DNA from: Akkermansiaceae bacterium
GTDB taxonomy: Bacteria; Verrucomicrobiota; Verrucomicrobiia; Verrucomicrobiales; Akkermansiaceae
Length of the DNA: 64,000 bases
Assembly (NCBI GenBank): GCA_051251915.1
Contig: JBPOGF010000005.1
Span: forward strand, 96,001-160,000
Reading direction: 5' to 3'
Below, piece by piece: positions 49,217 through 56,642 of the stretch. The position numbers and the translations under genes were made by a program. A model generated the notes under the pieces. It saw only the letters and a program-made list of their open reading frames with translations. It did no database searches and was not told where the DNA came from. How positions within the stretch are numbered: the stretch's first letter is position 1; each line of letters starts with the position of its first letter.

Positions 49217-49984
49217 ATGAGCAGATCAGAAGAAGAACATAATAGGCGGATTCAAGAACAGTTTACGAAGCAAGCGATACCATTTACGGAGTTGAAGGGG
49301 CATCTTGATTCGGTGGGGATTTTGATGGAGCTTACGGGGACGGATTTGAGTGATACTGTTTTAGATGTTGCGTGTGGGCCGGGGTTGGTGGCATGTGAGT
49401 TTGCGAGGAAAGCGAAGCATGTTATGGGGATAGATTTGACTGATAAGATGATAGAGGAGGCTGGGAAGCGTCAGTCTGCTGAGGGGCTTTCGAATATGGA
49501 CTGGCAGATTGGCTCTGCGATGGAGTTACCGTTTGAGGATAATTCATTTTCGGTGGTTATTTCTCGTTACACGTTTCACCATTTTACTGATCCTAGTGTT
49601 GTTCTGGCTGAGATGGTTCGGGTATGTGCACCTGGTGGCAGGGTGTTAGTGGCAGACCCGGTTCTTGCTGTTGACTTTGTGGATGCTTATAATGAGATGG
49701 AGAGGCTAAGGGATCCGTCTCATACTCAGGCGCTTTCTGTTGAGCGGTTTGATGCGATGTTTGGTGCGTCAGGTTTAAGGGACATTTATCGATCTGGATA
49801 TGGAGTTAGTATGGAGCTTGAGCAGCAGTTGGGTGCTTCGTTTCCGAATCCAGGGGATGATGAGGTTTTGAGGGGAATCTTTTGGGAGGATTTAACGAAG
49901 AATAGGCTTGGGGTAGATACTAGATTGGTCGATGGGGAAATACATTTTACGTATCCGATCTCAGTTTATGTGGGGACAAAATAG
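49217..49984 (+). CDS. Class I SAM-dependent methyltransferase
   Basis: VLDVACGPG, GIDLT, LPFEDNSF, FHHF, EMVRVCAPGG, RDPSH. Confidence 0.9.
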   Translation: MSRSEEEHNRRIQEQFTKQAIPFTELKGHLDSVGILMELTGTDLSDTVLDVACGPGLVACEFARKAKHVMGIDLTDKMIEEAGKRQSAEGLSNMDWQIGSAMELPFEDNSFSVVISRYTFHHFTDPSVVLAEMVRVCAPGGRVLVADPVLAVDFVDAYNEMERLRDPSHTQALSVERFDAMFGASGLRDIYRSGYGVSMELEQQLGASFPNPGDDEVLRGIFWEDLTKNRLGVDTRLVDGEIHFTYPISVYVGTK

Positions 49985-50003
49985 GTAGAGTGCTCTGAGG
50001 GAG

Positions 50004-50057
50004 GTGGTTTATTACTTGTGGGTATTGTTTGTTGTAGTAGGTTTCAGGCGTGTTCAT
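50004..50057 (-). repeat. Degenerate dispersed repeat, copy 3 (most decayed)
   Basis: GTGG.TTATT.CTTGTG..TATT...TGTAGTAG.TT...GTGTTCAT; the minus strand starts MNTPETYY. Confidence 0.45.
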
Positions 50058-50123
50058 TTTAAGGAGACTATATTTGTTAGGTAGTTCTTCTTGGCACAGA
50101 ATTTAACAAATAGATAGAGAACG

Positions 50124-50789
50124 ATGACAAACCTTCGAGAACAGACAGAAGCGCAGATTGAGAAGACGCGTAGTGTGAAGCCGGAATTTATGCAGAAGAT
50201 TGACGATTTGATGCATTCTGCGCGAGAGTTCGAGGAGAGTGGCTGCGCGATTGAGGTCGGTGAGGTGGCTCATGACTTTGAGCTGCCGAATGCTGTTGGT
50301 GAGTTGGTGTCGCTGTCTGGTTTACTGGCTAAGGGGCCTGTGGTGGTGACGTTTTATAGGGGGAGCTGGTGTCCTTATTGTAATTTGGAATTGAGGGCGC
50401 TGCAGGATAGGTTGGCTGAAATTCATTCACTTGGAGCTGAGCTGGTGGCGATCAGTCCACAGATGCCGGATGAGTCGTTGACGGGGCCTGAGAGGGGGGC
50501 CTTGAGCTTTCCGGTGTTATCAGATCAGGATGCGAAGGTAGCAGCACAGTATGGTGTGGCGTGGGAAGTTCCTGAAATTTTGTTGGAACATATGCGAGTG
50601 GATCGGGGTCTCGACTTGAAGGATTTGAATAATGGGAATGGTAGCATTTTACCTATTCCGGCGACATTTGTGCTGGATCGCAGGGGTGAGGTGGTGTGGC
50701 GCTTTGTGGATGTGGATTATCGTACAAGAGCTGAGCCGGATGATATAGTTGCTGAGTTGCAGAACTTGGCTAGCAACTCAGCAAGATGA
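50124..50789 (+). CDS. Peroxiredoxin-like AhpC/TSA family protein
   Basis: GPVVVTFYRGSWCPYCNLEL, LVAISPQ, LPIPATFV, DYRTRAEP. Confidence 0.88.
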   Translation: MTNLREQTEAQIEKTRSVKPEFMQKIDDLMHSAREFEESGCAIEVGEVAHDFELPNAVGELVSLSGLLAKGPVVVTFYRGSWCPYCNLELRALQDRLAEIHSLGAELVAISPQMPDESLTGPERGALSFPVLSDQDAKVAAQYGVAWEVPEILLEHMRVDRGLDLKDLNNGNGSILPIPATFVLDRRGEVVWRFVDVDYRTRAEPDDIVAELQNLASNSAR

Positions 50790-50795
50790 GTCACT

Positions 50796-50948
50796 TTAGT
50801 CTCTAGTGATAGGGGACTGAACTTTGTAGCCGTCTTCACTGAGAAGGTAACCACCAGCAGCGCCAGCGGCAAGAGGAACACATGATGTTAGACCGCTAAT
50901 AGTTGCAGCTGCTGAAGCGATGAGGGCGTATTTTAAATATTTTTTCAT
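50796..50948 (-). CDS. Small (50 aa) lipoprotein with glycine-zipper-like segment; not in ORF track
   Basis: Hand translation MKKYLKYALIASAAATISGLTSCVPLAAGAAGGYLLSEDGYKVQSPITRD*; lipobox LTSC. Confidence 0.75.
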   Translation of the reverse strand: MKKYLKYALIASAAATISGLTSCVPLAAGAAGGYLLSEDGYKVQSPITRD

Positions 50949-51194
50949 AGTAATTTAAGCTATCATCGTTTGGATGGAACGCAACAATTTAGTCTTGTGC
51001 TGTATTGCTTGTGAGTTCTTCTGCTACTGGGGCTCTATGAATTAGATAATTTCTTGCTAGAGTTGGTGAGATTTACTATTAGTGAGTGGCTTAACTTAAG
51101 TCTTGGATGATGTTAGATGCGTCATCTATTTTCTTGCTGAATTTCCTGAATGTTATTTAGGCGTGAGCTAGCTACACTGATTGACTCAAAAAAA

Positions 51195-51740
51195 ATGAAA
51201 CATTATTTAATATTTATTACACTCATTGCTCTGGCGATGTTTGCGGATGCACAGGATGAAGCGAAGAAGGTCTCTGACCCAGATGGACTGTGTTCGATAG
51301 ATCTTCCTGAAGGATGGAGTTTAGTGGCCGAAGATAAGAGAGCGATGCCTAAGCGGCCTGCGCATCTTGCGGTGTCATCTGAATGGATGTCTGAGGATAA
51401 GAGCCGAGTAGTGTTGCTGGTGTTAAAGAAAGCAGGATTTCCGAAGGGAGAGAAAAAGAAGCCTTTGTCAGAAATGGTTATTTCTCTAGTAACTGGATTA
51501 GCTGGGGGCTCAGATGCTAAGGCGATAAGAGAAGGCGGAAGGGGGAGAATGGGAGGCTTAGATTCGTCTCATATACACATGATTCAGTCTAAGGGGAAGC
51601 TCTTGATAGAAAATCATTTATCAATGGCTGAGGACGAGAAATATTACTATGTGGTGATTGGCAGTTATCGAGTGGAGCATTTTAGGAGGCGTGGAGTGGA
51701 GATCGCGCGGATGGTGCAGTCGTTTGAACTAGGAAAATAG
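51195..51740 (+). CDS. Exported hypothetical protein
   Basis: Signal peptide MKHYLIF...ADA; SIDLPEGW pattern resembling PsbP/DcrB-like folds. Confidence 0.55.
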   Translation: MKHYLIFITLIALAMFADAQDEAKKVSDPDGLCSIDLPEGWSLVAEDKRAMPKRPAHLAVSSEWMSEDKSRVVLLVLKKAGFPKGEKKKPLSEMVISLVTGLAGGSDAKAIREGGRGRMGGLDSSHIHMIQSKGKLLIENHLSMAEDEKYYYVVIGSYRVEHFRRRGVEIARMVQSFELGK

Positions 51741-51751
51741 CTCAATCAAAT

Positions 51752-52252
51752 ATGATTACTGTTAGACGTGCTGCATCGGGTGATGCTGAGCTTTTTAGGG
51801 GAATTCGGTTGCGGGCTCTTAAGGATAGTCCGGAGGCGTTTGGTTCGACTTATGAGGATGCTGTGGAGCGGGATTTTGAGTCTTGGAGGGAGCAGATAGA
51901 GTCCACTGTTTCTGGGGTGGGTCGCAATACACAGTTTGCTTTTGATGGTGATGAATGTATTGGGATTGCGGCCTTGTATAGGGAGGAAGGTGCTGAGGCG
52001 GGGGATGTCATTATGATGTGGGTATCGCCTGAGGCTAGGGGGACGGGGACTGCGGGGTTACTCGTTGAGAATTTGCTTTCTTGGGCATCTGAGGTGGGGA
52101 TGCGTGATGTGTTATTGAATGTGGCTTTGGCGAATAAGCGTGCTATTCGATTCTATGAAAATTGTGGGTTTGAGGATACTGGTGAGGTTGTGGACTGTGA
52201 TGTTAGTCGCGGTTTGAAGGCGATTAGGATGTCGAAGAGTGTGGGTTTGTAA
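51752..52252 (+). CDS. GNAT-family N-acetyltransferase
   Basis: IRLRALKDSPEAF, MWVSPEARGTG, N..AIRFYENCGF. Confidence 0.9.
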   Translation: MITVRRAASGDAELFRGIRLRALKDSPEAFGSTYEDAVERDFESWREQIESTVSGVGRNTQFAFDGDECIGIAALYREEGAEAGDVIMMWVSPEARGTGTAGLLVENLLSWASEVGMRDVLLNVALANKRAIRFYENCGFEDTGEVVDCDVSRGLKAIRMSKSVGL

Positions 52253-52289
52253 AAGTTGTCTATGGGAGGATTTCGTGTATGTTGTTGGC

Positions 52290-53123
52290 ATGTTTAAAAA
52301 TGTATCGAAACTATTGTCTGTTGGTGGAATTGCGGCGGTTTGTCTATCTAGTGTGAATGCTGGTGAGGCTGTGCGTGATGGGAAGGTGGAGGCGGAGCTT
52401 ATGCTGAAAGACACTGTGCTGAAGGCTGGTGGTGAGAGCTGGGTTGCGGTGGCTGTGAGGGCAGATGCGGGTTGGCATACTTATTGGAAAAATCCTGGTG
52501 ACATGGGGGTGAGCACGACTGTGGAGTGGAAGGCGCCTGAGGGGGTGACGATTGGTGAATTACAATATCCGGCACCGCATATGTTTACGATGAGCATTGT
52601 GAAATCACTGGGTTATGAGGGGACGGTGACGCTGCTGGCAAAGGTGAATGTGGCTGATGACTTTGTGGCTGAGGGTGGAACGGCATCGATCTCTGGGAAG
52701 GTGAGTTGGTTGGTTTGCTCTGATGAGCAGTGTGTGCCGGGTGATGTGCAGGTGGTGGAGGATTTCTCTGTAGCTGCTGAGCAGAAGGCAGGCGCTAAGG
52801 CTGAGCTTATTGTGAAGGCGATGGAGGCGCTTCCAAAAGTGGTGGAGGGGGCTAAAGCTGAGATGACTCTTGATGGTGACAATGTGGTATTTAAGATAAT
52901 GGGTGTGGCTGATCTCGCTGCTGCGGAGTTGTATGTGAGTGCTGAGAGTATGCTTCAGACGGGAGAAAAGCCTGAGTGGAAGCAGGTGGGTGGAGATGGC
53001 AAGAGCTGGCAGGCGAAGGTGAAAAAAAGCCCGTATTTGTCAGCATTACCGAAGGATGCGGAGTTGGTATTGCGTAAATCGAATGGTGAGGAAATCCTTG
53101 TGGCCGCAGCGGCTGGGAAGTAA
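52290..53123 (+). CDS. Stand-alone DsbD N-terminal (DsbD-alpha) domain protein
   Basis: GWHTYWKNPGDMG, WLVCSDEQCVPG; no TM or thioredoxin domain. Confidence 0.8.
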   Translation: MFKNVSKLLSVGGIAAVCLSSVNAGEAVRDGKVEAELMLKDTVLKAGGESWVAVAVRADAGWHTYWKNPGDMGVSTTVEWKAPEGVTIGELQYPAPHMFTMSIVKSLGYEGTVTLLAKVNVADDFVAEGGTASISGKVSWLVCSDEQCVPGDVQVVEDFSVAAEQKAGAKAELIVKAMEALPKVVEGAKAEMTLDGDNVVFKIMGVADLAAAELYVSAESMLQTGEKPEWKQVGGDGKSWQAKVKKSPYLSALPKDAELVLRKSNGEEILVAAAAGK

Positions 53124-53193
53124 TGGAATTTATTTAACTGATTTTTACTCTGTAATTTTACTATTCATATAATATGTGCTAGTGTCAGTCCGT

Positions 53194-53808
53194 ATGAAAA
53201 CTATATTTAAAAACGTGTTGTCCGGCCTTAGTGCTTCAGTGCTCATGGCTGGTGTTGCAGTAGCAGCTCCTCTAGCAAATAACTCAGATGCTCCAGACTT
53301 TAAGCTTCCGGACACTGAGGGTGAGACTGTGACTCTTTCTGACTATAAGGATAAGGTTGTGGTGCTAGAGTGGGTGAACTTCACTTGTCCGTTCGTGCAG
53401 AAGCATTATTCAAAAGGTCACATGCAGAAGCTTCAAGATGCGTATGATGATAAAGGGGTAGAGTGGTTCCTCATTAACTCAGGTCCAGAAGATGCGAAAA
53501 AAGGTAGCTATAATGCTGCAAAATTTGAAGAGCTCGCTGATGAACATAGTGTGGAAGCTGAAGAGATCCTTCTCGACCGTGACGGTAAAGTGGGCAAGGC
53601 ATACGGCGCGATGACTACTCCACACATGGTGGTGATCAATAAAGGTAAAGTCGTGTATCAAGGTGCTATTGATGACAAGAAGTCTACTAGTGCAGATGAC
53701 ATAGCAACTTCTGTGAACTATGTAGTAAAGGCTCTTGATGCGGTGCTCGAAGGTAAAGAAGTAGCGACACCAGTGACTAAGGGTTACGGTTGTGGAGTGA
53801 AATACTAA
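53194..53808 (+). CDS. Exported redoxin (thioredoxin-fold AhpC/TSA) protein
   Basis: APDFKLPD, VVLEWVNFTCPFV, YGAMTTPH, YQGAIDD, YGCGVKY. Confidence 0.85.
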   Translation: MKTIFKNVLSGLSASVLMAGVAVAAPLANNSDAPDFKLPDTEGETVTLSDYKDKVVVLEWVNFTCPFVQKHYSKGHMQKLQDAYDDKGVEWFLINSGPEDAKKGSYNAAKFEELADEHSVEAEEILLDRDGKVGKAYGAMTTPHMVVINKGKVVYQGAIDDKKSTSADDIATSVNYVVKALDAVLEGKEVATPVTKGYGCGVKY

Positions 53809-53834
53809 CGGCTTAGGTTGTAAAATTTAACAAT

Positions 53835-53870
53835 AAGAAAGGGCAGACCATATTAGGTCTGCCCTTTTTG
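53835..53870. terminator. Bidirectional intrinsic terminator
   Basis: AAAGGGCAGACC-atatta-GGTCTGCCCTTT between convergent genes. Confidence 0.85.
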
Positions 53871-53914
53871 TTAGTTTTTGTGATGAACAAAATACGTAAG
53901 AACAATCGTCGTTC

Positions 53915-55018
53915 CTAGAATGCCCACTGCCATCCCGCTACGACACTGTAATCTTGGTCCATACCAACGCCGTTTGCGTCTTGTAGGATAGGGGTGAGAA
54001 CCTCTACTGCTAGGCGGTGACCGCTGAGTGCGCCAGACTGGAATACGTAGTTGGCACCTAGTCCTAGTTCTAGGACGTGACCGCCGTAGTTAGGTTGGAA
54101 ATGCTGTGGTGCGCTGTGATCATGGCCTCCGTTGTAGTGACCATCGATGTCTTCTTGGTATCTGTAGTTCAATCTGGCTGAGAGGCTGAGTGAATGGGTC
54201 ACGGGTGCGGCTATCCAGGTGGTGAGCTGGAATGTGTCTCCGTATTGGAAGCCGGAATCATTTTCGTCTTCTAGGGCAAAGCTTTTCATTGCTTGTGCTC
54301 CCCATGAAAAGTGATCGAACTGGGCATTGTATGTGGCTCCAATGTTGAGGCTGTAGACTCCAGTTCCTGACTGCATTCCGTATGGAAGGAAGGTATCTCC
54401 TTCTTTATGGTCGACTTCGGCGGTAGGGAGTGTGAGGCCTAGGTTGAGGTGAGCGTTGTGCTGGGGAGTGTGGAGGATGCTGTATAGTGCACTGATTGTG
54501 ATGTCACCAAGGCCGCTAGAGCTGTGCTCGTGTCCACCTGTTGTGCCGTGTGATCCGTGGTCTCCGTGGCCACCGTGAGAGGTGGCGTGTGGGTTGGTGA
54601 CCATAGTCATGTCTTTTTCTACGTAGTTGACCATTCCCATGAGGGTAAGTTTATCGGTAGGGGCATACATGAGTCCTAGCATGTGCATGTCCATGGTCAT
54701 CTCGTCAGCTGCGCTTGAATAGTGGCTGCCAGATGGTGACATGGTGCTGTAAACTTCGTCAGTGCTGAGTGATTTGGTTCCGTCTTGGTGTCCGTTCATG
54801 CTCATGTGCATGAAGCGGTAGGATACCATCCATTCTCCTTTGTTGTGGGTGTGGTCTCCCATGACGCCGATAGGGGCGTGGGAGTCTGGTCTACTAGATA
54901 CGCCTACGGATGATTCTGAAGAAAAAGGTGTGACTTCAGTTCCTGCTTGGATCGTGAGTGATGATGCGAGTGTGAGTGCGGCGCATGTTGAAGCGGCGTA
55001 TGTTGTGATTGTTTTCAT
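53915..55018 (-). CDS. His/Met-rich outer-membrane beta-barrel protein, putative metal-uptake channel
   Basis: Signal peptide; RPDSHAPIGVMGDH, YRFMHMSM, MTMDMHMLGLMY; His-rich loop HATSHGGHGDHGSHG..HEH; SGLGDI; terminal Phe (GWQWAF). Confidence 0.7.
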   Translation of the reverse strand: MKTITTYAASTCAALTLASSLTIQAGTEVTPFSSESSVGVSSRPDSHAPIGVMGDHTHNKGEWMVSYRFMHMSMNGHQDGTKSLSTDEVYSTMSPSGSHYSSAADEMTMDMHMLGLMYAPTDKLTLMGMVNYVEKDMTMVTNPHATSHGGHGDHGSHGTTGGHEHSSSGLGDITISALYSILHTPQHNAHLNLGLTLPTAEVDHKEGDTFLPYGMQSGTGVYSLNIGATYNAQFDHFSWGAQAMKSFALEDENDSGFQYGDTFQLTTWIAAPVTHSLSLSARLNYRYQEDIDGHYNGGHDHSAPQHFQPNYGGHVLELGLGANYVFQSGALSGHRLAVEVLTPILQDANGVGMDQDYSVVAGWQWAF

Positions 55019-55273
55019 GTTAATTTATTTGTTAATTTGATATGTATTTATTGAGGTTTCATGTCTGATTTAGTTCAAACATGAGGGCGTATTTGTGGTT
55101 ACAAATACTGGTGTGGGCACGATGATATCCGAGAAATCATGTGCTACGAAATGTATGACCCCAAGGATCAGCTAACTACTTAGCAGTCAGTGAGGGGTTC
55201 AATTTTAAGATCAGACACCGAGAGTGTGAACGGAATGCTCATACTGAATGGGTGCTGGTGGAAATACCATTGA

Positions 55274-55678
55274 TTAACAAGCTCGTGGAGGAGGGGTAGG
55301 ACATTGTGTGGTCCTACTGACTGGAAAATGGACTGAAGGATATACAAATCCTAGTCTAGTGCTGTGAGGTCCGATAGGCGAGATGCGTGTGAAGTTGACT
55401 ACTATTTTCGCTACGGATAGGACTTCTAGCTTTTCAGGTAGATTTCCTTTTTTAGGTTCCTCAGTTTGCTGAGCTTTGAGTTCCGCAATTTTCTGACAGT
55501 GCTCACATGGGGCTTCACCAGAGAAGGTAGAATCAATTGCTTCAGCGAGTCCCTGATTGGGGACGCGATCATGTAACATTTTTGACCATGCAAATGCCTG
55601 ATACATTGCCATAGGTCCTCCAATAATGGAGAACGCCGTGACTAAGCAGGTCAGTTTCATGATCATGTCTCGTAACAT
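55274..55678 (-). CDS. DUF2946-like leader protein (CxxC plus C-terminal Pro-rich tail)
   Basis: Hydrophobic N-terminus, GEAPCEHC, ends CPTPPPRAC*; lies upstream of the His/Met-rich OMP gene. Confidence 0.65.
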   Translation of the reverse strand: MLRDMIMKLTCLVTAFSIIGGPMAMYQAFAWSKMLHDRVPNQGLAEAIDSTFSGEAPCEHCQKIAELKAQQTEEPKKGNLPEKLEVLSVAKIVVNFTRISPIGPHSTRLGFVYPSVHFPVSRTTQCPTPPPRAC

Positions 55679-55729
55679 TGGCGAAGATAAAAGGTTGTTT
55701 CTAAATTTTAGTCAAGCTTGGTCTGAAAA

Positions 55730-55762
55730 GAAACGAAAAAACACCCTGTCAGAGGGTGCTTT
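55730..55762 (-). terminator. Intrinsic terminator
   Basis: CACCCT-gtcag-AGGGTG preceded by an A run on +. Confidence 0.55.
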
Positions 55763-55805
55763 ATGATGATGAACTTAGGGAGTGTTAGTCTGTATATTAG
55801 TGAGA

Positions 55806-56099
55806 CTAGCCTCTGAGTTCGCTGCTGTGTTTGAGTCTGCGTGAGGCAGTGGCGTAGAGTTCTTTGTAGCGAATTTTGGCATAGTTGTAGATGATGTGGT
55901 TTTCATCACCAGCTGACATGAGGACGGCCTCAGCATAGGCTGTAGGGCGATAGTCTTTGCCGAGCAGTTCCTTGCCTACGATGGTGTAAATTCTTTCTTC
56001 GAGTGTAGCATGGAGCTTTTCCTGATCATCAGGGAGAGAGGTGATAGGAGTTGCAGCGTGGATAGTGTTTGGTTCTGGTACGGTTAGTTTTTCAGCCAT
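55806..56099 (-). CDS. Hypothetical protein
   Basis: Open frame from MAEKL (ATG 56099) with a downstream terminator. Confidence 0.5.
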   Translation of the reverse strand: MAEKLTVPEPNTIHAATPITSLPDDQEKLHATLEERIYTIVGKELLGKDYRPTAYAEAVLMSAGDENHIIYNYAKIRYKELYATASRRLKHSSELRG

Positions 56100-56257
56100 G
56101 ACATTTATTTCTATGTTGTTTTCTAGGAAGAGAGGGAAGGGTGTGAGACCGTAGAAATAGTATTCTACAAATATACGCCGATTTCTTGTCAATCTTAGCT
56201 TAGAGATTAAGCCTAAACTCTTGATATTACAAGAAATTATATTTGTACTCGATGCCT

Positions 56258-56446
56258 CTATAAATCTGTATGATTGAAAACTTCCTCGCTCCAGGAGGCT
56301 AATGATGGGTCAGTGACTTTATGATGAAGTGACTCAATATCTTTAGGGCTACGCTTTAATCTGAGGTAGAGTAGGTATGCTGCTAGTGTGTCCTGCTCCT
56401 TAGCGGTACAGAGCGTTATTTCGCGTTTGAGTTCGTCGAGTTCCAT
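56258..56446 (-). CDS. Small hypothetical protein, antitoxin-like
   Basis: MELDELKREI...EQDTLAAYLLYLRLKR...DP..W resembles small addiction-module components (from recall). Confidence 0.5.
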   Translation of the reverse strand: MELDELKREITLCTAKEQDTLAAYLLYLRLKRSPKDIESLHHKVTDPSLASWSEEVFNHTDL

Positions 56447-56642
56447 AATAAAATGCTTGTTTGGTGGTAGCGTAATATCATCTAGCTGTTTACAGAGGTG
56501 ATGGGCTGCTAACGTGGTGTAATGAACCTAGTGGTGAGAGTATAGAAAGCAAGCTGGAAAGGGCTTTGGATGGAGAGTTTGGATAAGTAATATGTCTGGA
56601 ATAAGGTTTGCCATTTGTGCTTCATTTGTTTAATAAACTGAT

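Noticed and set aside
56460..56520. Fluoride-riboswitch-like look of a hairpin
   Set aside because: Lacks the conserved GATGG...GCTAATGAC core, and the downstream gene is not fluoride-related.
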